From NCBI GenBank assembly GCA_000934665.2, contig KZ538811.1:1-47228 (forward strand): a stretch of DNA of 47,228 nt. Reading direction: 5' to 3'. This document shows positions 9,966-23,100 of the stretch, one piece after another. Below the pieces are notes generated by a model. That model had not been told where the DNA came from and searched no databases. It was given only the letters and a program-made list of their open reading frames with translations. Within the stretch, counting starts at the first letter, position 1, and each line of letters starts with the position of its first letter. The position numbers and the translations under genes were made by a program. The stretch is from Catajapyx aquilonaris (Eukaryota).

Positions 9966-12750
9966 ATGGCAGGGAACGGAGGTGGCAACAACCGAGAGAA
10001 CAGCACTCGGGAAGGTGTCCTCAGCCTGATCCAGCAGAAGGACGAGGTGGAGAACAACATCAGGCAGATGAATGACGTCCTGCAGCAGGTAGGTACAGTA
10101 CTGCATGCAACGGAACTGGGTTGAGGAGAGAGTGCGACCGCTATTGGCGCCACAGCAGGTCTCTGCATACCTGAAAGCTGGCCCAGGTCAGTCAACATGT
10201 TCACACAAACCAAAAGGGTGGATAGGGATGTGATTGTGCATGCAGGTATAGTGCCAGTTGACACTACAAGGCCATCATTAATGCCAGTGATTTGATTTTA
10301 GAATGGCGTGGGCATGAATGATCCACTGGTGGACGCAGAGGGATTCCCGAGGTCCGACATAGATGTGTACCAGGTTCGACATGCCAGGCACCAGATTCGC
10401 TGTGAGTCATGAACCCATTTATGCATCACATTTATTTGATGGAACTTCGTAAGCTAGTTCGCATATGCATAAATTAGTAACTTAAGAATCAACTAGCAAG
10501 ACATCGTCATTGCAGTGCCAGCAATATTGGCATACCAGTACCTGAAAAACAGGTTTTGTTGCTGTCCTCCTGGATAAATTTCACTGGCTGTTTGCTCCAC
10601 TAAACAGAGAGAGGCTGCTCTATCATTGGACTGATTCTCTCTATGATTGCAGGAACTTCTGTACCTATGTGAACTAAACAAAGTTCTAATAATTATAATC
10701 TAAGTTGTCTTAAGGTATTTTTGTACCTATGCTGTGAACAGATCTGAACTTTTTGTGCTGCAGTCTTCGTTATTCTCAATTCACTACAGTAAAACCTCAT
10801 GCTTTGAACGCCCCTAATTTCGAATGTTCCCGAGTTTGAACAATGCTTCTAAGTTTGAACTTCTTGCGCGATGAAAAAAGTGCTCTCGCTGCATAAACGC
10901 CATGTGTTCTGTGCCCAAGTTGTCTTTGATTGATTATGTACTGTACATAGACCCCTTCTCTTCTTCTTCTCCACCACCCACATCACCACTCCTCACTGGT
11001 ACAGAAAATACTATTTTAAATTTATTATGCTGTATGTACGTATTTTATTTATTGTTTTAGATTTAATTCATTATTTAGGGCATTTAGGCCGGGTTGCACC
11101 AGCTCCCGGAAAATTTGTCTGGCCGAAGAAGAGCCAGTATAGTTTTTTGCTCATTGTTGTCAACAATTGTCAACAATTAATAACAAACTATCCTGGTGCT
11201 TCTTCGGCCCGACAAATTTTCCGGAGCCTGTGCAACCCAGCCTGTATCGTTATTTTTTACTTTAAATTATGTATATTTAATGTTTAAGTTTATCAAAATG
11301 GGTGTTGTTTAGGGCCTGGAAACAGATTAATTCACTTTCCATTATATCTTATGAGGAAAATTGATTCAGACTTCAAACTAAGTTTTTTCACAAATTAAGT
11401 TCTAAGAACGATGCACCACTGCATGTGAATTCTTACTTTTCAGTATTTTCCAGCGGTTCATTAAAATTGTGCATGATAAGTACAGCGTCTGGCAAGATGC
11501 ATACAACACTGATTTTTTACAGGCCTGCAAAATGATCACAAGACATTGATGAAGCAGATTGAGAATGGCATTCACTCGTTGCATGCCCAGCAGAGGGAGG
11601 GCATTGGGATGTCCACACCACCCAGGGGCAGCCTGGACATGTCTTCCTTTGCAGCTGCCACTGCTAACGCCATTCCTGGAAGCATTGCGAGACCTTTCCT
11701 GGAGGTGAATATGGTAACACCATACTCTCCAGCTGACGAAGCCGTAAGTATGGATTAAAATCATGTAGAGGTGGCATGTACAGTAGATTCCCGATAACTC
11801 GAAATTCTCGATAAGTCGAAGAAAATCTTGGACTTGGCGGATTCTGCATATTCTGCAATGCAAATTGAATTCCGTTACCATGAATTGGTATGACTCGATT
11901 TTCTCGATAAGTCGAATATATTTTGTGAACTCTGCAGCACTTTCGCTATTAATAAGTTGAATTCTGTCAACACCAGGGAATTTCCAAGTTGAGAAAGGCA
12001 GTTGAGCATCCTCATACGAAATCCGCGCGGAGCAGCTTCCAGCCACAAAGCCGTTATCGGGATTCGACTGTATTTGGCCTATTAGTAGGGAGATACATTT
12101 AGTGGTCAGTAACTTCGCAATAATTAGGAAATACGATGATTCCATGACCAAATAATTTTTTACTGGGGGCAATCAGTATGGCTTGCAGCAACACTATTTT
12201 GCTCTATGGATGATAGTGAATATTCTACTGACTTAGAGACCAATAAACTCTCACACTGGTAGCAAGGTACTCTAACCATCATGCTATTTTATTTAGCATG
12301 AGATGCCACCATATCCTCAACATGCTGTAGCAGTGATTTGAAGCCAAAAATTGATTATGCCAGAATTGAAAGTGCGTACTTGTAGAACCCACCACTAAAC
12401 ATGTTCTATCATCCTAGACATCTCTCTTGTGAGGGAAATTATCCAGCCATACCCATGTTTGACTGTTGAAGGTTAATGCAAGTGAATTAACCACATTTGA
12501 ATTTTCTTCTCTGCAGGGACTGAAGGAAGGTGACCTGATCATCCAGTTTGGATCTGTTCATGCAGGCAACTTCAGGAACCTCCAGGACATGTCAACAGTT
12601 GTGCAGCTCTCCCAGAATCGTCCCCTTTCAATGAAGGTCCGACGTGGTGGACACACCATAGGTATTACATTAGTTCCCCGTCCGTGGGGTGGCCGAGGTC
12701 TCCTTGGTTGCAACATTGTCCCGGTTCCCTTTGACACAGTGGATCGCTAA
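9966..12750 (+). CDS. PSMD9: 26S proteasome non-ATPase regulatory subunit 9 (p27, PDZ chaperone); exons 9966-10088, 10302-10401, 11523-11743, 12517-12750 (225 aa)
   Basis: [66 protein letters not shown]; canonical splice sites keep the frame. Confidence 0.96.
10787..11421. mobile_element. Degenerate pogo/Tigger-like non-autonomous DNA element in PSMD9 intron 2
   Basis: Starts TA|CAGTAAAACCTC, ends GATGCACCACTG; Tigger-like subterminal AT-rich text; carries a nested MITE. Confidence 0.55.
11085..11244. mobile_element. MITE (~160 bp) nested in the Tigger-like element
   Basis: ~43-bp imperfect inverted repeats AGGCCGGGTTGCACCAGCTCCCGGAAAATTTGTCTGGCCGAAGAA / TTCTTCGGCCCGACAAATTTTCCGGAGCCTGTGCAACCCAGCCTG. 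Confidence 0.8.
11781..12070. mobile_element. pogo/Tigger-type MITE in PSMD9 intron 3
   Basis: TIRs CAGTAGATTCCCGATAAC / GTTATCGGGATTCGACTG, TA on both sides; internal repeat TTCTCGATAAGTCGAA x2. Confidence 0.85.
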
Positions 12751-13853
12751 TTGTGCAGTTTGAAGTTGTAACATTTGTGTTAAAATCTCTGTATGTTCAT
12801 TTTCACGACTTGTAACATTGTGTCAATTAAAGATATCATCTGATGCAAATTGCACACTAAATCATCCTATTTCGATGGTTGAAATATTAGGATGTGAAGG
12901 TGAAATTTCACTAGATGGGTGGCAACAGAGCAAGTGGGGTAAGACATGTGGAAATCCAGGCTATAGCAGGTGATAGTACAAGGTTCATAAGAGCCACGAG
13001 GGAGGTTGAGCAAGTGCTGGAGGGCCAGATTTGCAGTCACCAGCTCAGTCAGGTTGTCATCAATCCAAGCTGACAGGGAAAAGGACAGTCTTAAGAAGCC
13101 TTGCACCACAGGAACCAATTGCACAGGCAAGTGTACAAAGGAGGCCCTGCCCTCCGTGGGCAAATGAACTCCCCACATACCTGTCAGAGTAAAAACCTCA
13201 TTCCTAGATGCCAGGTAGGGGAGGCATTCCATCATGTACTGTACACTGATACCTCATCGCCATGTCCAGGACTACAGAATATGGTGCTCATCCGAAGTCA
13301 CCACAATGCAAGTACTAGAAGTCTATAACATTGTGTTCAGTATATAATCTATATAGACCTGCTGTAAGTGTATGCAATCTGTGGCACTGTGTGCACCCAA
13401 CTCTGATAGTGGTGACTGACCAAACTGACTCTTGTAAAAGTGATTGCTGTTGGGAAGAACTGCAAATGTTGAACTGGCAATCAAGATTCTCATGATAGAA
13501 CTTCATTCCTTTCCTGATGCCCTGAGTAAATGCAGATATGACTGACATGGCCATGTTTCTGCCTTTCTATTGGCATTGTTGTTGATCATTGGTTTTGTCT
13601 GTCACTGTAATTTTGTCACTGGTAGGCTTTATACTGGTATGTGTTATCTCCCTGCATTGTCCCTTAAATAACAATGGTTTTAGAAGGACTGCTGCCAATA
13701 ATTACCCCTTCTTTTTGGCAATAAAATATTGATGTGCTACCTGCACTCTTGAGCAAGTACTAGCCAAATTGCTACAACTTCAAAGAATATGAAAAATTAT
13801 GTTAAATACACTTACGGGCAACATGGCTGGATGATGTCAACATAGCCAATGTA

Positions 13854-14047
13854 CACCAGCGAGCATAAAGATGGAGACGGCAGGCTGCTCTGCCAATCTC
13901 AGCTATTACGGTATCAAATATACTGTCATAAATACACGAACACACGCCTGAAGCAACTAACTCGGTCTAAAAAGAGTTCATCAATTTGAGTCAGATAAAG
14001 AAAGGTCAAAAAAGGGCCTGCCGTCTCCATCTTCATGCTCGCGGGGG
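13854..14047. mobile_element. MITE with TA TSD between the PSMD9 and MRPL37 3' ends
   Basis: TIRs CACCAGCGAGCATAAAGATGGAGACGGCAGGC / GCCTGCCGTCTCCATCTTCATGCTCGCGGGGG. Confidence 0.85.
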
Positions 14048-14163
14048 TACATGTCTGTCCTGAGCAGCCACATGCCAGAAAGTGTAAGTGCGAATGAGTA
14101 GGACATAGTTGCAAAAAAATTAACTAGCTGCACTAGAAAAGTATATTTCAAAAATCAGCTACA

Positions 14164-15790
14164 TTAACTCGATGCCTGTTCTTTTTCATGACTACTGGTA
14201 TGACGAGCAGCATTGAGATAAAAAGTGAGCAGGTAATCAAACACCTGTGGGTTATAACCTGCCAGCACAGGACGCCCAACCTGATACTGGCACACCTCAT
14301 ATGCTGCCATCTGCGGGCTCATCCACAGCAGGTTGCGAGGGGATGATGGGCTCAAGTCACGGGAGTGGAGACATAAGATGGCAAACTGGAATAAGCGGCC
14401 ATCTGTTTGTACAACCTGTACCACAGCAGGTGCTTCATGCCCCTGGCACAGTTGTCCTAGAGCCACGCCACATGCTGATGCAATAGTGGCAGCACCAAAC
14501 TGGCTCTCAGTAAGCTTGCAGACAGGTGCATTTTGAAGGAACACAGCCAGGTGTGCATGTGGGTACAAGTCACTCATCTGCAATGCTGTAGGACAAGTAT
14601 TACATTAGTGATTAGTGTCATAGTTGCTGTGATACATTGTACAGATGGATGACCCTGATGAGGTGGCTCACGCCTAATGATAACTGATGCCCTTAACATG
14701 CGCATCCTAGGTAACTACTCATTTGGACAAGACTGACTCTTGTGCAACTATATACTTACGGAATGAGATGCTTGGGTCATATCTGTCTTCCTCCAACAGG
14801 TTCAACATGGGCTTGATTGGGTATATATCTGGCAATGGCTCTCTTGCAGCTTCTTCATCATGCAGGTCATCCGAGTACAAGGAATGTTTCCCTGCAACTA
14901 GCAAGTCTGGGCAGAGCTGAAATCCTATAAGGTTGCCCTCTTTCTCTGCAAATGCTGACAACTGTCCACCTCTTACCCACCTGGTACCTCCAGGTGCAAT
15001 GTTAGAACACAGTTGGAGCAAATGTCTCATCATGAGTGAGCTGGAACACACAAAAAGTCATTAATAATGCTGGTATTATTGCCTACACTAATGAATAAGC
15101 AATGTTATAATCTCCAAGACATGTGAGTCCCACTGATCATGTTTTCAATCATGTTGGTAATTTCTGACTGGGTAAGATTAAAGTAAAAGCACATAAAAGG
15201 CTGCACAGGAGTGATACTAACTTTGCCCTCTCCTTTGGAATGGCATACTCCAGGTAGTGCCTCCAAAAGGTTTCGTCAAAAATCCGTGGCATCTTCACTT
15301 GGGTAGCATCAAACACTCTTGCCTGCAGCAAACTCCTTTGAACGAGATCGTGTGGTGCCATCTGACTAGCCTTCTCCAGCAACCCTCCCAAAGCTGGTGG
15401 AAGCCACCTTCCCTCCCCCACTTTAACCAAAGCAGAATTTGTAAGTGCAAGGGCATGTGGTACCCCCTCCACCAGTGTGACATTGTGGCGATAGAACTTG
15501 CACATCCTATCCTGAAGGGGTAGCTCTGGTTTTAGTTCTGGCTCTGGCGCAGGAGCCATATCTGGCCCTATCTGAGGTGGCCCCTTAGGTGGCGAGACTT
15601 TCTTCACTGTTGGCTTATTTTCCATTCGGGCCACAAACTCATTCGCATCTTCAATCTCAACATCCTTCATGGCCTCCTTGAGAGCCTGGGCGGACCCATA
15701 CTCATACACTTTCCTGTTACGCATGTCAATCCACTTGCGCTGGAAGCCTCTTCCAATGTGTTGCGCCAGGCATGTCCCAGTCAGTCTCAT
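14164..15790 (-). CDS. MRPL37: Mitochondrial ribosomal protein mL37; exons 15790-15222, 15040-14760, 14585-14164 (423 aa)
   Basis: Mitochondrial-type N-terminus MRLTGTCLAQHIGRGFQRKW; LVEGVPHALALTNS, ARVFDATQVKMP, VVQVVQTDGRLFQF, RNLLW, GYNPQVFDYLLTFY; GT-AG introns in phase. Confidence 0.88.
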
Positions 15791-16653
15791 TGCGCTTCCA
15801 CTCTAGTTGGTCTGCCCCTGTTCATGTCCAGAAGAGTCAAATAGTTTTTAAAGTGGCACTTTTAGGACTGCCCTATTCAGTGTTGTAATGTGTGAAAATC
15901 TGGCTCACCTGTGGGTCCCTCCGAATCCAGGTAGACCGCCGACTTCAGCTGAGCCGTGTTGTGGATTAATTTCTGGAGTTTTATCCATACAGGGAGAAGC
16001 ACATCCAGGCGCATTCCTAAGGCTGCAAAACACGCCTTCACAACTTCACCAGATCCGCATGAATCGTCCACAAAATTATAAGTTTAAGCACTCTTGAGGG
16101 GACTGACAAGTTGCGCGTAACCAAACATTGTTAACTTGGCGAAAATGAGTGTCACTTCCCCCCCTCGGCCGGCACCTGCCATCGCCCCCATCCACCCCCT
16201 TCCCGTGAGAGCACCCATGTCACCCACCCACACACCCACTTCCCCTTCCCTCCCCATTTTATCGGGAGACACGTTTTTCATTCTCGGCCACGCTCATTTG
16301 CTTAATGGCACCATACCCTGCGTGCGGTCTCTTAAAGCCGTACCAGTACATTTAGCAGACAGCATCCGAACTTAATCATCTCCGGCCTATTATCGTAAAG
16401 TGTGTCAGGCATCTGGTAACACCACTGACGTCTCAAATCTGGCCACATTTAGAACTTCGTCAATGGTGAATGCTGGGGGTAGCGAAATGTGGGTTGGCCC
16501 TCCCATTGCCAGTGATTGTCGGCATGCCTGATTGTCTCCGCAAATCTTGTGCATCGGATAATTTGAGATATTTTTCGGCGTGTAATTTGCGCAATGATTG
16601 TGCTAGACTTTGCTGCAGCAGCTGAGAGCATGCGGGTCGATGTAAGGAGAGCC

Positions 16654-16682
16654 TGACGTCACGATTGTTCGATAATAGTTGT
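16654..16682 (+). promoter_or_regulatory. Probable Nova core promoter: CRE palindrome plus Inr-like TAGTT; divergent with MRPL37
   Basis: Perfect TGACGTCA at 16654-16661, ATAGTT at 16675-16680, then a GC-rich leader up to the ATG at 17126. Confidence 0.45.
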
Positions 16683-17125
16683 GCGAGTGAAGTACGAACG
16701 TGGCCTGTGGTCCATCGTCGGCGGAGAAGAGCAGTGTGGTCAGGTGTGGTGGGGGTCATCAGGCAGGCGAGGCAAGGCAGGGTGTGGGCAGGGGTGGTCG
16801 GTCGGTCGGTCGGTCTTCGGATCCATCCCTCCGGACTGGATTCTGCGGTGCGGCAGTGCGTGTGTGGGATTCTCTCTCTCTCTGCAGGCAGCGGGAGAGG
16901 GGGCGGCAAGGGGGGAACTGACCGAATACTCCTCCGGAAACAGTCCGGCCGGCCACATTATTCGGAGTTGCCTGCTGACCACCGTGGACCGCAGGCAGCA
17001 GAAGTAGGGCTGCTGCACCATCCCCACGCGGCAACCCCTATTCTTCCCAAGTAGAGCGCTGGCCCGGCCCGCACTAGCATCCCTGTAGCCTGATCCAGAG
17101 AGGGGAGAAGAAGAGAGGTGCAGGC

Positions 17126-20100
17126 ATGGCCGAGGAGGACACTCCACTGGAGGTCAACTCCGAAGGGATGTCATCGGTTGACGGGGCCGGGATGGACATG
17201 GTGGTCGTCGGGTCCGGTTCCGCTGCCGGTGGTGGCGCGACGGGGCCGCACGGGGGCGGGCCCTGCCCCTCCCCAGACATGTGCCACTGCGACTCCAGAA
17301 AGAGGCCGCTCGATGCGGACGGGGACGAGGCGGGGACCAAGAGGTCACACTATGCCGGGGGTATGTTCCACGCAGATACTCATTGCAATGGAAATTGCAT
17401 GGTGCAAGGACTTGGTTGTGTTGATTTACCTATACCTTAGCATGTGGTTTTGGAATGGAGGGTTTTACAAGTGAGTCCTGTTCACATAGGAGATACTGAA
17501 GAAATGCTTGGGAGATAAGCAGAGTGTGGGCCCACAGGGAGGGATGCTGGGTTGGAGAGAGGTATAGGACTGATTCTCAAGGGAGGCTGATTGGAGACAC
17601 TCCCAAGGTGCTGGTGGGGAAGGTCAGGAGAGCATTGCCAGGACAGGACAGTGCACTCTCAGGCTCCTTGAAATAGAGAGAGAGCTCTTATTCACATTTG
17701 TAGTGGTGCAGTCGAGTTTTTGTCAATTTGAATTTTCAGTGGGATGTCAAGCTCATTCTGGTTCATGCGTACATGTGTGGTGTGTAACGGGCGTTAGTAG
17801 CATTGGTGCATGATGCAAGAAGCTACCCTGGGGAGTGAAGGTTGTTGTCAGAACCGAAGTGTTGTCTATGGAAGAAAAAAATCTCTGTACCATTGCTAGC
17901 ACAATAGGCACAGAGCAGCACTGAAGGTCGATAGTTATCTAAATCATTTGTGTGTTGTAAACTTACATTACATCACATACGACTGTTTGATAAAATAATT
18001 CCAGGCATGAGCAGAGTAGAAACTAGCCCTTTTTATGTGCCTAATCACAGTTTAAAGCATATCCATTGCTCCAAATATTTGTTTTATCATGATTTACAAA
18101 TACCCTGGTATTATACCAGCTCACTTTAGAAATATCCACTTGCAACGAGACCTAAAACGAGACCACATTTTCAGGTGAAGGCACCTACCACTTGAAGATT
18201 CTGGTTCCAAGTGTAGCTGCAGGAGCAATAATTGGGAAAGGGGGTGAGACCATTGCACAGTTGCAAAAGGAGACCTGCACCAGGGTAAAGATGTCCAAGG
18301 CTAACGACTTCTACCCTGGAACTACTGAACGGGTGTGCCTCATCAGTGGAAGTCCAGAGGCAGTGCTGGCTGTTCTATGCTTCATCATGGAGCGGATCAA
18401 GGAGAAGCCAGACCCCAATGCAAGGCCAGCAATTGACTTTGACAACAAGACTGCCGCTGAGAGAGAGAAGCAGGTGAGGAGTGGGTATACAGGAAGGCAA
18501 CATTTAATAACACACTTGTATACTTGATGCATACTTTGATGTATACTTGATGCAAGTTTGCATACAGGGGAACAACTAAAGGCAACGGATTTCTTAGAGT
18601 GAACAGACACGCCCCCCCGGGCGAACCAATGGGGTCGCTTGTATGACCGTGCGTCACAGGAAGGTTGCCAGGTGAAAATACATAAATGTAATTGACGGGG
18701 TATTTTAAAAAGGAATTCGACCGATATCAATTATTTGGTTCTGACATAATTTATGAACACTAAAGCATTATTTAGAATAGCGTAATAGAAAAATTAAAAT
18801 CAGCAACCTTGCCACATGGGGACTACTTTCAAGGCGAGAGACAAAAGAGCATCGGGATCCGTGCCCGCGTAATTTAGAAGCATTGTTCCGAATCCAAGGA
18901 AACGGTGTTCGAATCTCTTCTTTTCACTTCTTTTCGGCGCGCATAAGCACCATCGGAATAAGGTGTCCCTCTGGCGGAGGGATACATGTTGTCATGGTGC
19001 CAAAGTGGTGGGGGGAGAAGTTGGGGAGGAGGGAGGAGGGAGGAGAGAAGTTTGTTTGGGGGCGGGGCCATGGGCCCAGCAGTTCACTCTAAGAAATCCA
19101 TTGCCTATAGGATTGGGAACTGCCTGTTGGCCTGAAAGGATCCCTACCAGGATCGTTGTCAGCGCCAATTGTGATAATTTTTAGGGAGGCCATTCCCAAT
19201 AATCTGATATGAAAATGTTAAGCTCATGTTTTTTATTAGCTTACATCCCCAACTGAGAAATTTGGATCAGGAGTTTTCTCTTTCAAATAATAGTTGTGCG
19301 AGTGAAGTACGAACGTGGCCTGTGGTCCATCGTGGGCATTAAGAGCATTAAGAGCATTTAGAAACATTTCTTTAATATTTCAACAAATGACTAGGGAAAC
19401 CCTCGCTCCGCTCACATTTTCCTAGGACACAGGCCTAGAACACCACTCGCTTCACTCGCTCTTTTCTAGGCCTGCGGCCTGGGGTACCTATTTGGCGCGC
19501 CATATCGCCGGGGGAGGGTGTAACGTTAGCCCTCCAGCAGTCTTCGAATGGCCCGATTAGTGAGAACATGTCTGTCCTGTGTCTATCGTTCCATAAAGGG
19601 ATGTTAGGGAACTGACATAAGTAAACAACTTCACAGTAGTACCAAATGGGCAACAATACAGAGAAGTAATGGACAGTTTCCCCAGCAACTCAACAGAGGA
19701 GTTGTTTACACCCCATGGTGCATGATTAGAACGCGGGCCAATGGGGAGGTGGAGGTAACAATATGCGGTGGACCAATCAGAGGGCTCGGTCAAACGCCGC
19801 AAGGATTTTAATATAATAGATAGTAGATGGGCAATTTTTTAGGGTTGTAAATTGTCCACTAAAATCAGTAGTGGAGTTAATATGTATGGTTTTCCATTGC
19901 ATTGCCCCATTTTAAGGGTTATCACAATGTGCAGAGTTGCACAATCATATGCGTTATGAAATATCTCTGTTTGTTTACAATAGAAGCAACTCATAAAATT
20001 GAGCATTTTCTAACTTTGCCAAAAAAAATTATATACCAATTCTCAATGCTCCTAATCCTTTCTGTGGCCATATGCAACTGGAAAAAATTGCAAAATCATT

Positions 20101-23100
20101 GCTTGGAACTAATTTCGTAGGTGGGGATCTAATTAGGCAATAACAATATTTCACTTTTTCATCTAATATTATTAGGAACACTTGGACTAAAAATGATCAC
20201 ATTTGTAGCCAACAATGATCCTGAAAAGGATCCTTATGTCAAGGGTCTAATCGTTCATTGGTGAAAACCATAAGTGTCCATAGCAGGCATTTTTATGTTG
20301 TTTGAAATGAGAGTAAGGATCAATGACCAGGCAAGATTCATTAACAGAATGGATAGCTTATTTCTCTCACAAGCAGAAGTGCACAGATTCTTGCTTGCAA
20401 GCCCATGGCTTCTCTCCCTCTTATTTTGGCCTTTGTTTTCTAGCAACCCCATCATGCCATTTTTGGCAGGCAACCAAAAATAATTATGTACCTGCCTTTC
20501 AATGCAGTATTTTTCTACCACTTTTGTTGTGGAATTTTTATCTGTACACATAATGTGAGAATGAAATAACACAACCTGTAGCTATGAATTATATGCAACT
20601 GATTAATGCATAACAAATGTTTATGTCACAATCTGGCCTTGTCAGTTGTCATGTAAGCATAACATAAACAATGAAGTGCATTTTCATGTTACATACATGC
20701 AAAATAATTATCAGTACAGGAAGTGGGGAAAATTTTTTGGCTGTTGTGCAGGGAGATTTTGAGTTGTTTTCAAAAACAAAATATTGGTTGTTGCTAGGAG
20801 AAGAAAAGTATGGTAACCATAGGTGCAAACCTGTAACAATACCCTTATGAGGAATCATGGTACATGAATGCAACTTATGTCATTTATATGTCCAGTGAGT
20901 CTCTGTGAAGGTCCTATAGCCTGGAGGTGAGTTTCGTCACCTTTTTTCTCTCTTCATAGCTCAGAAACAAGTGAATCTGAGTACTTGGGGTTTTCACCAA
21001 TGAATGTTCCACTTACAGTGTACCTGTGACATATTCAGGCAGTTGGTGGCACCTGGTCCTGGTTGATTAATATATTGCTAGTCATAAACCATTTTGAATA
21101 CATGGGTTGATGTCACATTATTATCATATTTAGTAAAAAATGGGGAAAGTCTCTCGTTTATCCGCGTCTAGCGATGCGGCGGGGTTGGGAAGGCATGGTG
21201 GGCTCCAAACATGTTGGCTATGGGTCGCAAACAATCGGTTGCCAGGAGAGCACAACAAAGGGCTGTCTTGTTACCCCTGCCATGCGAACCGATCAGACGA
21301 GTGCTAGGACCACAGTATTAATGAAGGAGGTGGGAAATATGAAAGCCATGAGGGTTGTTGTAGTCCGTTAACCCAAACAACGACACTTCGTCAAGCAACC
21401 GTGAAGGCATTCGAATTTGGCTGGCAGCAGTATCGAAGCACCCGATTGTTTGCGATGCAAAGGTGCCAACCGTCAGGAGGCCCCAACAGGATAAACAATA
21501 GCTTATCCAAAATTGGAATCCCCTGCACCCTAAGGAATGTTTGTGGCATAAAATTAGACATAGGTACCATTTGCACATTATTTTTAGACAAGTTGCAATT
21601 TGTGCAGTAATAATTTCAGTTGCTTGACGGATCCAGTGTAAGCTTGCAATATGGTTATGGTCATTCTCCAATGATTTCAATGTTTGATTTCATTGCCAGG
21701 TTAAGATCCTGGTGCCTAACAGCACAGCAGGGATGATAATAGGCAAGGGTGGCAGTTACATAAAGCAGATCAAGGAAGAGAGCTGTGCCTATGTACAAAT
21801 CTCCCAGAAAGCCAAGGATCAGACCCTGCAGGAGCGATGCATCACTGTCATTGGTAAGTACCTCTAGTCACAAAAGCCCCAGGAACCAGGGGGTTAGCAA
21901 CTCCCTGGAACCAGTGTACACACTGGCCAAGGAACCAGGTGGAACCGGCTTGAAGCCAGCCTGGAACCCGGTGGAACTAGCTTGGAACCTCCCGGTTCCA
22001 GGATCTGGTGTACACTTTTTTGGGGAGTTGCTAACCCCTTGCCAGGAACTTACATTCTGTAGGGATCTTCCGACTGAGATGTGATTGTTCTCTAGGTGAA
22101 ATGGAGAATAACAAGCGAGCATGCCAGATGATTGTGGCCAAGGTGGTGGAAGACCCCCAGAGTGGAAGCTGCCTCAATGTCAGCTACGCAGATGTGCAAG
22201 GACCAGTAGCCAACTTTAACCCAACAGGGTCTCCATATGCAAACACGGGTTCAGGTGGGGGATCAGCTGGTGCTGGGTCTGGGTCTGGGAGTGGAGCAGG
22301 AGGCGGGGGAGGTGGAGGAGGAGGTGGCGGCGGAAACTCGCCTCCATTCAACTCGAGTCCTGGTGCACCTGCTTCTCTCAATGGCAGCTTCTCACCAGGT
22401 AAGAAGTGTTCTTTTCTGAAAGGAGCTAGGAATGCAGTTGGATTTCTTGACTTTGCAATTGGCCCACTTTGGAATTGGAAAGCTGATTGGAATATTCTTT
22501 ACAGTGAATCCCTTGAATAATGTCCTATCACCACTGAATGGAATGATGGGGATGATAGGTGGAGCAATGGGTGGAGCCATGGGTAGCTCCCCAGCTGGCT
22601 TGAGCCTGTCCCTGAACCTAGCACCTATGGCATCCGCATCATCGTCCCCACCAAGCGCCAGCACCAACCAAACCCCTACAACGTCACCAGTGACAGTGCA
22701 GCTTTTGGAGCATATCCGGGTCACGCTGAGGGCAAGTGGGTATTCAGAGCAGGCAACCACGGAAATATCGGCGGCTATGGCCACCCTGGCCACTTATGGC
22801 ATCCTTGGAATGGGGCTTGGGTTAAGTTCACCCACAGGTAGACCCCAGGGGGCAACAACGTCTACCAATCAGGCGACACCTGGGGCAGCATTTGGTCCCA
22901 TTGGAACCATAGTTGCTGGAAATGGGAATGGCAGTGGTGGGAATTCACCACAGCGAGAGCCATTCATGAATGGGGCAGAGTTTGGGGAATCCTTTACCGA
23001 GTGCATTGGCATTGCACCCACAAATGGGAGTGCCAACAACAACAACTCATATGGATTGGGGACCCTATGCAAGAGCCCATCGCCAACCTCATTGGCACCA

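Noticed and set aside
11402..12172. 256-aa minus-strand ORF
   Set aside because: Antisense to PSMD9 exon 3 and a MITE; no recognisable domain
12867..13554. Minus-strand ORFs (122 and 79 aa) between PSMD9 and MRPL37
   Set aside because: No recognisable homology and no coherent exon chain; probably UTR or intergenic
14650..14695. Hammerhead-like CTGATGA-GGTG...CGCC stem in MRPL37 intron 2
   Set aside because: The required GAAA is TAAT and I found no stem I or III; it is also antisense to the host gene, so not an intronic C/D snoRNA
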